From assembly GCA_021773215.1 (NCBI GenBank), contig JAJFKM010000077.1:5973-69972 (forward strand): DNA of 64,000 nt. The letters are read 5' to 3'. Position numbers and translations under genes: made by a program. Source of the stretch: Gammaproteobacteria bacterium (lineage in GTDB: Bacteria > Pseudomonadota > Gammaproteobacteria > Eutrophobiales > Eutrophobiaceae). Positions 1-10,317 of the stretch are shown here, piece after piece. Below the pieces are notes generated by a model. That model was not told the origin of the DNA. It did not search any database and worked only from the letters and a program-made list of their open reading frames with translations. The first letter of the stretch is position 1; every line of letters begins with the position of its first letter.

Positions 1-1292
1 AAGCGCCCAACATAAGCTCGTGAATTAATTTCATAATTACCAATAGCGATGTTGTCGAGACCATCAGAAATCGCTTCCCAAACAGTTTTCTTATCATCAA
101 GACTTTCACGGCTTTGTTCAACGAAGGCGACTTGAACTGTTTCGCCAATCTTTATTTCACCACTGTCAGGTGTATCTATTCCAGCGATCATACGAAACAG
201 TGTCGATTTACCTGCACCATTACCACCAATAATGCCAACGACAGCACCTGCTGGAATACTAAGGTTCAAATTTTCATACAAAATTTTATCATCGAATGCT
301 TTATTTACCTTGGTAAGCTCAATTACTGAATTACCTAATCGTGGGCCAGGAGGGATATAAATTTCGTTGGTTTCGCTTCGCTTCTGGAAATCTTGTGAAC
401 TCATCTCCTCAAACCGGCTAAGTCGCGCCTTACTTTTTGCATGACGCCCTTTAGGGGCAGTTCGAACCCATTCCAATTCTTGTTTTATGGCTTTTTGTCT
501 TGCTGACTCAACCTTTTCTTCAGTTTGAAGACGTTGTTCTTTATTCTCGAGCCATTGTGAATAATTGCCTTCAAAGGGAATGCCTTCTCCACGATCGAGT
601 TCTAATATCCAGCCAGCAACATTATCAAGAAAGTATCGATCATGAGTTACCGCAACCACAGTACCGTTAAAATCAGCCAGAAAGCGCTCCAACCAATAGA
701 CAGACTCAGCATCAAGGTGGTTGGTAGGTTCGTCTAATAACAACATATCAGGACGTGACAATAATAAACGACACAAAGCAACTCGACGTCTCTCACCACC
801 AGAAAGCGTGTCAATAGAGGCATCCCAGGGCGGTAAACGCAGGGCATCTGCTGCTATTTCTAACGTAGTTTCCAGATTTTCAGCATCCCATGCGGCTACA
901 ATGCCCTCAAATTGTTCTTGTTTCTTTGCCAGAGCATCAAAATCTGCATCTGCATCAGCATAGGCAGCATAAACCTCGGTTAACCCAGCCAATGCGTCCA
1001 ATGGTTCTCGTAGGCCTTCTTCAACATTGCCGCGGACATCTTTGTCAGAATCGAGTTGCGGTTCCTGAGGAAGATAACCGATCTTGATATCCGGCATAGG
1101 GAAGGCTTCACCAATAATATCGGTATCAAGTCCTGCCATAATCTTGAGTAAGGTTGATTTGCCCGCACCATTTAAACCTAATACACCAATCTTGGCGCCA
1201 GGAAAAAATGAAAGATAGATGTCTTTAAGTATTTGGCGTTTAGGTGGGACGATCTTACCCACACCATTCATGGTATATACGTATTGAGCCAT
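1..1292 (-). CDS. ettA: Energy-dependent translational throttle ABC-F protein EttA (partial, runs off window)
   Basis: Manual minus-strand translation from ATG at 1292: MAQYVYTMNGVGKIVPPKRQILKDIYLSFFPGAKIGVLGLNGAGKSTLL, later LSGGERRRVALC and LLLDEPTNHLDAES. Absent from the ORF track because it is truncated. Confidence 0.95.
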   Translation of the reverse strand, partial: MAQYVYTMNGVGKIVPPKRQILKDIYLSFFPGAKIGVLGLNGAGKSTLLKIMAGLDTDIIGEAFPMPDIKIGYLPQEPQLDSDKDVRGNVEEGLREPLDALAGLTEVYAAYADADADFDALAKKQEQFEGIVAAWDAENLETTLEIAADALRLPPWDASIDTLSGGERRRVALCRLLLSRPDMLLLDEPTNHLDAESVYWLERFLADFNGTVVAVTHDRYFLDNVAGWILELDRGEGIPFEGNYSQWLENKEQRLQTEEKVESARQKAIKQELEWVRTAPKGRHAKSKARLSRFEEMSSQDFQKRSETNEIYIPPGPRLGNSVIELTKVNKAFDDKILYENLNLSIPAGAVVGIIGGNGAGKSTLFRMIAGIDTPDSGEIKIGETVQVAFVEQSRESLDDKKTVWEAISDGLDNIAIGNYEINSRAYVGR

Positions 1293-1409
1293 AGGACTAT
1301 GAACTACCTGCTTGTTTAAATGAGTATGAAAATTAAATAATTAGAGATTATCGTTAATACGAATTAAGTAAGCAATATTATTAATGCTGATTAAGTGTTA
1401 TAAAATTCC

Positions 1410-1838
1410 TTAGACAATCGGCCAATAATACTTTTCTAATTCACTGCGCAGCTCTTTAGTGAGTGCTTGTGATTTTTTTTTGTCGTGATCAAACCGTACC
1501 AAAGTAGTAAGCCCGTGAGCAGCCAGTTCTTCATTCTGAAATAATTCCTGACGAATCAAAAAAGAACTATTACCGATCTGTTGTATACCCGTTCGAATGG
1601 TCACTATTATGCGGTAATCAATTTCACGTACGTATTCCACTTCTATTTTGGCAAGAATTAATTCCCATTTTTTTGGATCAAGATCGGGTGTAAAAATCTT
1701 GAATAATGGTGTGCGGGCTTTCTCAAACCACATGGGTACGACGGTATTATTGATGTGACCTAAAGCATCAGTTTCATAAAAACCGGGTGTAATTGACTCT
1801 TCCAGGACATTGCTAGTCATTTCCATTGTTCTCTTCAT
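1410..1838 (-). CDS. Acyl-CoA thioesterase (4HBT/YbgC hot-dog family)
   Basis: FYETDALGHINNTVVPMWFEKAR motif; the true start may be a few codons downstream. Confidence 0.85.
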   Translation of the reverse strand: MKRTMEMTSNVLEESITPGFYETDALGHINNTVVPMWFEKARTPLFKIFTPDLDPKKWELILAKIEVEYVREIDYRIIVTIRTGIQQIGNSSFLIRQELFQNEELAAHGLTTLVRFDHDKKKSQALTKELRSELEKYYWPIV

Positions 1839-2337
1839 CTGAGGTCTGCTTCCATTCGAAAGCGGGTAGCGCTTCAGAATCCCCCCGATATTTAAGCTGC
1901 AGACCGTTCAGGAAATTGCGTAATATTTGATCTTTACATTCCCTATAATGCTTATGACCGGGTTTACGAAAAAAAGCACTTAATTCGTGTTTGCTAATAC
2001 GAAATTCAACCAGCTCCAGAATAGCCAAGACATCTTCAGCCTTCAGGTTTAATGCAATCTTCAGCTTATTGAAAACAATATTATTGCTTAATTTTTCTTC
2101 CGGGATAGGCTTTGGTCCTTCTTTTTTACCGCGCTTTTCGTTAATCAAGCCGTTCAAAAAAGTTGCCAACAGCGTATCACTGCATTCCTGATAGGCAGGA
2201 TCATCTTCTTTTTTTAGCCAATCGCTGATTTGTGCTCTTGTGACGTCGTGATCTGCCTGAGCAAAAACATCGATCATCTTTGCATCGTCAAAATCGAATA
2301 CGTAGCGAAGGCGTCGTAATACATCATTGCTTATCAT
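1813..2337 (-). CDS. DUF1456 family protein (YehS-like)
   Basis: NDVLRRLRY...FLNGLI...NNIVFNKLKIAL...HELSAFFRKPGHKHYREC pattern. Confidence 0.9.
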   Translation of the reverse strand: MISNDVLRRLRYVFDFDDAKMIDVFAQADHDVTRAQISDWLKKEDDPAYQECSDTLLATFLNGLINEKRGKKEGPKPIPEEKLSNNIVFNKLKIALNLKAEDVLAILELVEFRISKHELSAFFRKPGHKHYRECKDQILRNFLNGLQLKYRGDSEALPAFEWKQTSDEENNGND

Positions 2338-2376
2338 AGGTGTTCCAAGTTTGGTCTGAATATATTTGAATTATGC

Positions 2377-2586
2377 TTATACTTTCTTCAAAAAGCATGT
2401 TTTAAGCACAATAGTCGATTTTCCCTTGCCGCACTCTATCTCTTCATCTTTATTCGTGAGTCTTATATTTTTGTAGATCGTGCCGCGTTTCAATGCGCTT
2501 GAAGTGCGTTTGACCTTCAAGTCTTTTATGATTTGCACTGAATCACCATCGTTGAGTTCAGAGCTGTTACTGTCTTTACTAACCAT
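2377..2586 (-). CDS. PhnA/YjdM-type C-terminal domain protein (no zinc ribbon)
   Basis: KDSNSSELNDGDSVQIIKDLKVK...LKRGT...KNIRL...LKTCFLKK resembles the PhnA C-terminal domain. Confidence 0.8.
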   Translation of the reverse strand: MVSKDSNSSELNDGDSVQIIKDLKVKRTSSALKRGTIYKNIRLTNKDEEIECGKGKSTIVLKTCFLKKV

Positions 2587-2589
2587 AGT

Positions 2590-2814
2590 CTATGATTCTT
2601 CATGCTTGAGTTGCAGTCGAATTTTTTCTTCGCCAAATTCTACAATGTCACCAGAAACAATCTTTTTTCGTTTTTGTATTTCTACTATGCCATTAACCGT
2701 TACTTTTCCTTCAGCAATTGCATTTTTAGCTTCTCCACCACTACTAACCATGCCTTCAAATTTTAATATTTTATAGAGTTCGACGGGTTCTTTTGTTAAT
2801 TCAACATCTTTCAT
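2590..2814 (-). CDS. RNA-binding S4 domain protein (YbcJ/YaaA family)
   Basis: ELYKILKFEGMVSSGGEAK...VTVNG...QKRKKIVSGD. Confidence 0.9.
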   Translation of the reverse strand: MKDVELTKEPVELYKILKFEGMVSSGGEAKNAIAEGKVTVNGIVEIQKRKKIVSGDIVEFGEEKIRLQLKHEES

Positions 2815-2879
2815 TTAGAAGGCCTTCCAGATAATTAAGGGTTTTCTTTACAAGTAGATAATGTGGCAACCATTGTGCC

Positions 2880-3851
2880 TCATTGGATTATATCGCTGAT
2901 TATCAACTTAACGGGTAAATATATATTAGTTGGAACTAAGTTGAGAGTGCCGATTAAATCTCCTGGCGTTGATTTGGTATTGCCACTTTTTGATATTCTG
3001 GCAATAAGCTGAACCTGTTTATGATCAGATAATTTATTGGTTGATATCAGCGCCATCGAATCATCCAGGGTAACTTGTATAGGTAGTTCGCTTACCTTTT
3101 TACGTAATATGGCCAATGGCATTAGCGAACCGTCAATGGCATTGGCGTATATGAACACATCATCGTTGCCATTGGTTTCATTTAATAAAGACCCTGACAG
3201 ACTAACGTTGATTTGAAGTGCAATGTTAGAGACAGCCTCAGTATTTTTTTCAACTATTTGATCACGCGCCAAGTCTATATAGTGTTTTATTTTCTGTTGA
3301 GATTCTGGATCATCATCAAACTGACCATGAAGTTGTTGCCAATGTTTTAGTGCCTTTTTAATATCACCATGCTGTATCGCTGCAAGCCCAGCTAACCAAA
3401 GACCATTATTATTGGTTGGATCAAGACGCAGTGCTTCATCAATTAACTCAGTTGGCTTGCCTTTAAATCGACCATTGTTAACCATGGACATAATATCGGC
3501 ATAACGAAACATGATTGACGGTTCTTTCCCTTTAATTCGATATAGGTTCTCGATTGCTCTAAGGGCATCATCGTGGCGTTCAAGTGTAGTATAAGAGTTG
3601 GTTAAAATTAACCAGCTTTCAGCATCATCTGGATTCTTGAGTAGTCGTTGTTCAAGGTGCACTAACATCTTTTCTACCGTAGCTGATTTCTCTTCATCGG
3701 TTTTAGCAGAGTTTAATTCTTCTAATAGCGATACTTGTTCAACAAACTCAGGTTTAGTTAAATACTTATATAGTCCAATAGAAAATACAGATAACAGCAA
3801 TATTAAAATGATTATTGTTATCTTTTTCGCTTTTGATTTTTCTTTAAACAT
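2880..3851 (-). CDS. CcmI/CycH-like TPR protein, second paralog lacking the N-terminal CcmI domain
   Basis: N-terminal TM, TPR region (NPDDAESW, GLWLAGLAA) and C-terminal domain (MPLAILRKKVSELPIQVTLDDSMA) parallel to the 4000-5217 protein. Confidence 0.8.
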   Translation of the reverse strand: MFKEKSKAKKITIIILILLLSVFSIGLYKYLTKPEFVEQVSLLEELNSAKTDEEKSATVEKMLVHLEQRLLKNPDDAESWLILTNSYTTLERHDDALRAIENLYRIKGKEPSIMFRYADIMSMVNNGRFKGKPTELIDEALRLDPTNNNGLWLAGLAAIQHGDIKKALKHWQQLHGQFDDDPESQQKIKHYIDLARDQIVEKNTEAVSNIALQINVSLSGSLLNETNGNDDVFIYANAIDGSLMPLAILRKKVSELPIQVTLDDSMALISTNKLSDHKQVQLIARISKSGNTKSTPGDLIGTLNLVPTNIYLPVKLIISDIIQ

Positions 3852-3999
3852 ATAATCTGAGTTTGTTTATTAATACAGCAGATGAAATTATTTTGTTTCT
3901 GGAGATGAATGCCTCCATTTCAAATTGGATGTGAAGTATAGCCTAAGTCGATCCTCTCGAGAATTACTAGCTACAATCAAGCAGCAGAAATCTTGCTGC

Positions 4000-5217
4000 T
4001 CAAGGTTTGATGGTATTTATGAGAATATCCACGACAGGATTAGTTGAAACCTCAATCGCATCTGAATAGCCTTCATAATCTCCCGATTGACCTTGAGGTT
4101 GACCGTTACTAGAAAGCCTAGCACCGATGATTACTTTGGGAAAACTGGAAAGCGTCATTTGTGGCACCATCGCCATACTGTCATCAAGGGTTACAGTGAC
4201 AGGAAGGTCTTTAGCTAAACCTTTATGTACAGCAAGCGGCATAGGAGGTCCCTCAGATGCGCGTGCATAGATAAAGAGAGTTGTATTTGGATCTACATTG
4301 GTCAGAAATTCAGATGATAAGGCAACTTTCACCTGAATGGATTGTTGAGCAGCAGTTGCCTGGTTTGAAGTGACAACTTCAGAAGTTGGCGTTCCGCTTT
4401 CTAGTTCAGAAATCAAGTTTTCAAGATGTTGAAATACTTCTGAACCTTCTTCCATGCCAGCAAGTAGATGACGCCAATGAGCTAATGCGCCTTGTTTATT
4501 GTCGGCCTGTTGTTCGGCAAATCCAGCGAGCCAAAGTGCGCGGCCATGTTTGGGTTCTATCTCCAGAGCTGCGTTTAATAATTCAGTCGGTTTTCCTGTT
4601 AAACGATTGCCATGTGATCGTGCCAGTGCTTCAGCATAATTAACTAGGACGTCAGGATCATCAGGACGTAGTTTATTAAGTTCTAGATAAACAGTTGCGG
4701 CGTCACTGTACCGTTCTAATTCAATATAAACCTGAGCAAGAGCAATCCTGCCTTCTACGTCGTCCGGATTTTCCTTCACTTCTTTTTCTACTACGGCGAG
4801 CATTTTTTCAATTTCTTGAGATGCTATAGCAGACTCATCGGTTTGAAGCGCAACATCAAAAGCGGCTTCATTACCCAGTTGTTGATATATAATAATAGAG
4901 AGCAACGGCACTAGTAGTGCAATTATGAGAGATAATGTTTTATTGCCTTTATGCTCTTCTGTTTCAGGCGAAGTGGTATTACTTAAATCATCAGCCGCAG
5001 CAGTTTCCAACTCAAGTTTGTAATTATCGAATCTCTCTTGGCTTATTAGTCCATTTTCTAATTCAAGTTTTAATTCGGAAAGTCTTGTAGCCGCAGCTTG
5101 AATATTGACAGCATCCCGTTCTACTTTTGACTGCTGTCCTTTTTTTGAAAACAAAGGCCGTAATAAAAGTAAGACAGCAATCACTGCTATTGCCAGAGTG
5201 AGTAATATAAACGTCAT
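4000..5217 (-). CDS. ccmI: Cytochrome c-type biogenesis protein CcmI
   Basis: Two TMs, leucine-rich linker, TPRs, C-terminal GPPMPLAV...LDDSMAMVP; last gene of the ccm operon. Confidence 0.92.
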   Translation of the reverse strand: MTFILLTLAIAVIAVLLLLRPLFSKKGQQSKVERDAVNIQAAATRLSELKLELENGLISQERFDNYKLELETAAADDLSNTTSPETEEHKGNKTLSLIIALLVPLLSIIIYQQLGNEAAFDVALQTDESAIASQEIEKMLAVVEKEVKENPDDVEGRIALAQVYIELERYSDAATVYLELNKLRPDDPDVLVNYAEALARSHGNRLTGKPTELLNAALEIEPKHGRALWLAGFAEQQADNKQGALAHWRHLLAGMEEGSEVFQHLENLISELESGTPTSEVVTSNQATAAQQSIQVKVALSSEFLTNVDPNTTLFIYARASEGPPMPLAVHKGLAKDLPVTVTLDDSMAMVPQMTLSSFPKVIIGARLSSNGQPQGQSGDYEGYSDAIEVSTNPVVDILINTIKP

Positions 5218-5681
5218 TGTTTTTCTTCCTCTGCTTGCAGTAAAGCACGTATTCTTTGTAATTCTTCTTCGCTAACTTGTGTTTGTTGCCCTTGATTCCT
5301 GAACTTACTAAATCTAATTAAACAGAAAATTCCAACACTGAATAGTAAGATAGGTGTTAACCACAATAATAATGTTTTCATCGCAAACCTTGGTTTGTAT
5401 AAAATAAAATCACCGTAGCGCTCGGTCATAAAGCTGATTATTTGATTATTCGAGTTGCCAGTTAAGACTTGTTCATATAACTCTGAACGAAGGTCTTGTG
5501 CTAGTCCCGCATTTGAATCTGCTAGAGATTGATTTTGGCAAACTAAACATCGGAGTTCGGATGATAGGTCACGAAAGCGTTGTTCTTGTGTTTCACTCTC
5601 AAATGGAAAGCCAGCGATTTCAGCAGGGCTTGCGGTAATAAAGAATAACAATAAGCACAAACAACTAAACCTAGACGCCAT
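5214..5681 (-). CDS. ccmH: Cytochrome c-type biogenesis protein CcmH
   Basis: LRCLVCQNQSLADSNA motif; RYGDFILYKP. Confidence 0.95.
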   Translation of the reverse strand: MASRFSCLCLLLFFITASPAEIAGFPFESETQEQRFRDLSSELRCLVCQNQSLADSNAGLAQDLRSELYEQVLTGNSNNQIISFMTERYGDFILYKPRFAMKTLLLWLTPILLFSVGIFCLIRFSKFRNQGQQTQVSEEELQRIRALLQAEEEKQ

Positions 5682-6267
5682 TATTATTCCTTAATGAAGT
5701 TATCATGGGTAACAATGTTGTTTCCCAGTCGTGCCAGCTAATTGGGCCAACATGTTTATAACGGATAATACCGTTTTGATCGATGAGAAAAGTTTCGGGT
5801 GTGCCATAAGCACCCCATTCGATTCCAACCTTGCCATCCTCATCTACAGCATTGTCACGATATGGGTCGCCATAATTCTGTAGCCAATCAATGCCCAGTG
5901 CAGGGACGTCCTTATAATATAAGCCATAAATAGGAACTTCTTTGCTTTGTGCTATCTTCATCAAAACAGGATGTTCTTGTCGACAAGAGGTGCACCATGT
6001 CGCCCAAATATTTAGCAGGCTTACTTCACCTTGGAAATCGGTGTGCTGAATCATTTCCTCCGGGTTGCTCAATTTAGGTAATGAAAATACCGGTGTAGGC
6101 TGTCCGATTAAAGGTGAAGGTATTAAACGCGGGTTGAGTCCAAGGCCAAAAAAGAAAAACACCATTAACACTGCAAATAAACCTAAGGGCAAGAGATAAA
6201 CCCAGTGCTTTGCTTTAGGTTTTGCTTGTTGTTCTGATGATGTTTGAGTATCAACTGGCTGTGACAT
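5671..6267 (-). CDS. ccmG: Thiol:disulfide interchange protein CcmG/DsbE
   Basis: WATWCTSCRQEHP thioredoxin motif; GAYGTPETF. Confidence 0.95.
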   Translation of the reverse strand: MSQPVDTQTSSEQQAKPKAKHWVYLLPLGLFAVLMVFFFFGLGLNPRLIPSPLIGQPTPVFSLPKLSNPEEMIQHTDFQGEVSLLNIWATWCTSCRQEHPVLMKIAQSKEVPIYGLYYKDVPALGIDWLQNYGDPYRDNAVDEDGKVGIEWGAYGTPETFLIDQNGIIRYKHVGPISWHDWETTLLPMITSLRNNNGV

Positions 6268-8233
6268 GATTTACATCCAATTTGATTTTTTCTTGTTTTA
6301 CTTCGAGTCGATAACGTTTATCCGTTACTGCAAGCAATCCGCCCAAGACCATGAAAAGCCCACCCAACCAAATCCATAAGATAAATGGTTTGTAATAAAG
6401 CCTAACTGACCATGCCTCAGTCACGGGGTTTCGTTGTTCGCCTAGAGAGACATATAAATCTCTTAATAAATTAGAATGGATAGCGGCTTCTGTCATGATG
6501 TTTTTGCGAACGTTATAAATACGTTTTTCGGGCTGCAAAGTCATTAATTCTTTGTCATTTTTGTAAATACGAATTGTACCCATGTCTGCTTCATAGTTTG
6601 GTCCTGTTATTCTTTCGACATCGACTAACTCAAAGCGATATTCTCCCAGTGTCCTGGTATCACCTTTGACCATGTGCACGTCTTGCTCTTGGCTATATAC
6701 ACTGGACAAAGCAATGCCGACGACAGTAAAGCCTAGACCAATATGAGCCAATATCATGCCGTACCATCCTCTTGGGGTTCTTCTTAAACCCTGCAACAAA
6801 CTTTGAGAATTGCGCAATCGTTGTTGTAACTGCACAAAACAACTATTGATTACCCAAAAGGTAAGCAACAGCGCAAACCAGGCTGTGAAACTGGCTTTTC
6901 CAGGAAGGAGCAGAGATAACACGCTTGCAAAAACAATGGCGAGAATGGCCGGTGTGCGTAATTGTTTAATCAGAGTAGAAATATTATCTTCACGCCAGCG
7001 TATTAATGAACCGACTGCGACCAGAAAAACCACTGGTATCATTAGTGGAATAAAGACACGGCTAAAGTAGGGCGGTCCGACAGATATTTTTCCCCCACCT
7101 AATGCTTCGAGTATTAAAGGATAAAGGGTGCCTAGTAACACGGTTAACATAGTAACTAATAAAAGCACACTGTTAGTCAGCAAGGCCATTTCTCGAGAGA
7201 CCAAACTAAAAGGTGTCAGCGTGCGTAACTGCCAAGCCCTAAATGCAAATAAACTTAAAGAGATTCCGACAACCAAGCCAAGGAAGGCCAATACAAAAAC
7301 ACCTCGAGTAGGATCAGATGCGAAGGCATGTACTGATGTTAATACACCTGAGCGCACTAGGAATGTACCTAACAAGCTTAAAGAAAAGCAGATGATCGCT
7401 AACAAAATGGTCCAGTTGCGTAAAGCGTGGCGTTTTTCTGTTACAGCAAGCGAATGAATTAAAGCGGTCCCTGTTAACCATGGCATGAACGATGCGTTTT
7501 CAACGGGATCCCAAAACCACCAACCACCCCAACCCAATTCGTAGTAGGCCCACCAACTTCCTAAAGTAATGCCACCCGTTAAACATATCCATGCGGTTAA
7601 AGCCCAGGGTCGTACCCAACGTGCCCACGCTGTGTCGAGTCTACCTTGCACCAATGCCACAATGGCAAACGCAAACGGTACTGCAAAACCGACATACCCC
7701 ATATAAAGCATAGGCGGATGTATTGCCATCACCGGATCTTGTAATAAGGGATTTAGATCGCCTCCATCTATAGGGGCAGGGAAGTGACGGATAAATGGAT
7801 TCGATGTAAATAAACTAAATAACAAAAAACCAATACTGATAAAACCCAATACTGAAATGACGCCCGCGGCCATGTCGTCGGGGTAATGTTTACTGTACAT
7901 TGCCAGTATTGCGGTCCAGGCACTGAGTATTAATACCCATAATAATAATGAGCCCTCGTGTGCACCCCAAACGCCTGATATACGATAAATTAAAGGCAGT
8001 TCGGAATTAGACGTGTTCGCTGCATAGAGCACAGAAAAATCATGCACGATGAAGGAATAAGTCAGGATGCCATAGGCTGTTAATACTAAGGCAAATTGTA
8101 ACAGGGCAGCAGGTTTCGCTACGGCCATCCAATCTACACGACGACATAACAATCCCATGCCAGGGATAATGGCTTGTACTAATGCGACAGCAAGCGCCAG
8201 GATTAATGCAAAGTGACCTATTTCAGGAATCAT
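6251..8233 (-). CDS. ccmF: Heme lyase CcmF
   Basis: MIPEIGHFALIL start; WAYYELGWGGWWFWDPVENAS motif; SVHAFA. Confidence 0.97.
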   Translation of the reverse strand: MIPEIGHFALILALAVALVQAIIPGMGLLCRRVDWMAVAKPAALLQFALVLTAYGILTYSFIVHDFSVLYAANTSNSELPLIYRISGVWGAHEGSLLLWVLILSAWTAILAMYSKHYPDDMAAGVISVLGFISIGFLLFSLFTSNPFIRHFPAPIDGGDLNPLLQDPVMAIHPPMLYMGYVGFAVPFAFAIVALVQGRLDTAWARWVRPWALTAWICLTGGITLGSWWAYYELGWGGWWFWDPVENASFMPWLTGTALIHSLAVTEKRHALRNWTILLAIICFSLSLLGTFLVRSGVLTSVHAFASDPTRGVFVLAFLGLVVGISLSLFAFRAWQLRTLTPFSLVSREMALLTNSVLLLVTMLTVLLGTLYPLILEALGGGKISVGPPYFSRVFIPLMIPVVFLVAVGSLIRWREDNISTLIKQLRTPAILAIVFASVLSLLLPGKASFTAWFALLLTFWVINSCFVQLQQRLRNSQSLLQGLRRTPRGWYGMILAHIGLGFTVVGIALSSVYSQEQDVHMVKGDTRTLGEYRFELVDVERITGPNYEADMGTIRIYKNDKELMTLQPEKRIYNVRKNIMTEAAIHSNLLRDLYVSLGEQRNPVTEAWSVRLYYKPFILWIWLGGLFMVLGGLLAVTDKRYRLEVKQEKIKLDVNHVTAS

Positions 8234-8700
8234 TCTGTTGCCTCATTGTTATAGTAATCACCACCACTTTGTTTCAGCGCAAGTTCAACTTCGGGTGGCA
8301 TATAGTTTTCGTCATGTTTAGCTAGCACTTGGTCGGCTACAAACACACCTTCTTCATTTAATTTTCCTTCCGCAACAATACCTTGTCCTTCACGAAACAA
8401 ATCAGGCAAGATCCCAGCATATTTAAGTTGTACTTCTTTGACTGAGTCATTGAGTTTAAAGAGAACCGTGAGTTCACCATCAAGTTTTTCTACGCTGTCC
8501 AGTGTCACCATGCCACCAATACGAAACCTTTGGTTCGGAGGCACTTCTCCAGCAACTACCTGTGAAGGAGTGAAAAATAAATTAATGTTTTCATTCAATG
8601 CCATAAGCACCAGACCGATGCCTGCACTAAGACCAACTACTAACAAGCTAACTAGAATAAAACGTTGTTTTTGTTTAGGTGTCATTATTGTTTTCACCAT
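8230..8700 (-). CDS. ccmE: Heme chaperone CcmE
   Basis: LPDLFREGQG...VLAKHDENYMP heme-binding motif. Confidence 0.97.
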   Translation of the reverse strand: MVKTIMTPKQKQRFILVSLLVVGLSAGIGLVLMALNENINLFFTPSQVVAGEVPPNQRFRIGGMVTLDSVEKLDGELTVLFKLNDSVKEVQLKYAGILPDLFREGQGIVAEGKLNEEGVFVADQVLAKHDENYMPPEVELALKQSGGDYYNNEATE

Positions 8701-8839
8701 GTAATCGTTTAAGGCGTCGCAGTAAACTTTTATAGCGTCGCCATGAAGAAATTGAATTCAGAAGCAAAACGACAGCAACAATACCATAGGATGACCAGAC
8801 ATAAGTGGCATACCCGCCCATCTTTAAAAATTCGATCAT
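8675..8839 (-). CDS. ccmD: Heme exporter protein CcmD
   Basis: MIEFLKMGGYATYVWSSYG; ATG at 8839 overlaps the ccmC stop (ATGA), so the start is trimmed from the ORF-track 8866. Confidence 0.9.
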   Translation of the reverse strand: MIEFLKMGGYATYVWSSYGIVAVVLLLNSISSWRRYKSLLRRLKRLHGENNNDT

Positions 8840-9591
8840 GATGACGTTACCAATTCTTTTACCCATTGACTGCGTTTTTCCTGCTCCAGTAATTCAGAAC
8901 GTGAATTAATTAATAGTATGCAGAGGTAAAATAATTTAAAGGCAATCGCCATACATAATAAGGGGATTAACATATTCAATTCGATTGATGGGTTGTCAAA
9001 CTTGGAGACGCTTGCCGATTGATGCAAAGTATTCCACCAGACAACGGAATAATGAATGATAGGAATGTTTATAGCGCCGACTAATGCCAGAATGGAACCC
9101 GCTTTTCCTGCAACACGACGATCATCAATGGCTGAGCGCAAGCCGATATAACCCAGATATAAAAATAACAATAATAATTCAGATGTTAAGCGCGCGTCCC
9201 ATACCCACCATGTTCCCCACATTGGTTTTCCCCATATAGATCCAGTGACCAAAGCCAAGAATGTAAATGAGGCGCCGATTACGGCACTTGAGCGAGCAAC
9301 GATGTCTGATAATTTAATATGCCAGATTAAAAATATAGCACTGTTTACTGCCATGACCATATAAACGAACATTGACATCCATGCCGATGGTACATGCACA
9401 TAAATTATTCTAAAGCCATCTCCTTGTTGATAGTCGGCAGGAGCAAATACTAGTCCGCCAACTAAACCAATCAACATCAAAATTGTTGTTGCAACAATTG
9501 TCCAGGGCAAAACCTGTCCTGCCAGTTTGTAAAAATATGCTGGTGATGCCATGCGATGGAACCACAGCCAGATTTTATCTTTTACAGACAT
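8836..9591 (-). CDS. ccmC: Heme exporter protein CcmC
   Basis: IYVHVP; WGKPMWGTWWVWDARLT; WWNTLHQ. Confidence 0.97.
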   Translation of the reverse strand: MSVKDKIWLWFHRMASPAYFYKLAGQVLPWTIVATTILMLIGLVGGLVFAPADYQQGDGFRIIYVHVPSAWMSMFVYMVMAVNSAIFLIWHIKLSDIVARSSAVIGASFTFLALVTGSIWGKPMWGTWWVWDARLTSELLLLFLYLGYIGLRSAIDDRRVAGKAGSILALVGAINIPIIHYSVVWWNTLHQSASVSKFDNPSIELNMLIPLLCMAIAFKLFYLCILLINSRSELLEQEKRSQWVKELVTSS

Positions 9592-9629
9592 GCTCTATGT
9601 AACTCTCCAGATTTTAATAATGAAATCAA

Positions 9630-10310
9630 CTATCTATAACTACAGGATACCCTTAGGGCAGAACTAATCACAAATGGGCTCAATGTGCTTGCAAGTACTA
9701 ATAATGCAGCTAACCATAATAATTGACCAGTATAAGGTAGATCGTTCGCAGCCGAGATAACGGCATTACTGCCAAAGATTAATACGGGCACATATAGTGG
9801 TAACACAAGCAATGACAACAACGCGCCTGCTTGTCTTAAGCCTATCGTTAAGGCGACAGCAATGGCGCCAACCATATTCAAATAAGGTATTCCCAATAAT
9901 AATGAAATGAATAAAACAAAAATAACATGTGTCTCAAGGTGTAAAAGCAGTCCTAGCAACGGTGAAATAATGATTAATGGTAAGCCGGTCACACACCACT
10001 GCGCGACAATTCTCGCCAACATCAATAATGAACCGGGGAATGGACTCAATAAAATTTGCTCCATGGATCCATCGTTAAAATCAGAGCGAAACAAACTTTG
10101 TAATGATAATAAAATTGATAACAAGGCCGCGATCCAGATTACACCGGGACCAATACTTTTCAGGACAGCAGGGTCAGGGCTGATCGCAAGAGGAAATAAA
10201 CTGACAACGACGACAAAAAATATAACGGGCAACATAATCTCTGCACGTTGCCTAAAGGCAATTCGTAGATCACGAAACAACATGGCGACGAAAGGATTAC
10301 TATAGTTCAT
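9630..10310 (-). CDS. ccmB: Heme exporter protein CcmB
   Basis: FRSDFNDGSMEQ; LLVLPLYVPVLIFG; operon position. Confidence 0.95.
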   Translation of the reverse strand: MNYSNPFVAMLFRDLRIAFRQRAEIMLPVIFFVVVVSLFPLAISPDPAVLKSIGPGVIWIAALLSILLSLQSLFRSDFNDGSMEQILLSPFPGSLLMLARIVAQWCVTGLPLIIISPLLGLLLHLETHVIFVLFISLLLGIPYLNMVGAIAVALTIGLRQAGALLSLLVLPLYVPVLIFGSNAVISAANDLPYTGQLLWLAALLVLASTLSPFVISSALRVSCSYR

Positions 10311-10317
10311 AGAGTAG

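Noticed and set aside
114-1171. Short ORFs listed in the first 1.2 kb
   Set aside because: Antisense or off-frame shadows of ettA.
2377-2586. PhnA-like gene as evidence of a phosphonate pathway linked to the PhnY-like gene
   Set aside because: This small domain family is not a demonstrated phosphonate enzyme and is 12 kb away in housekeeping context.
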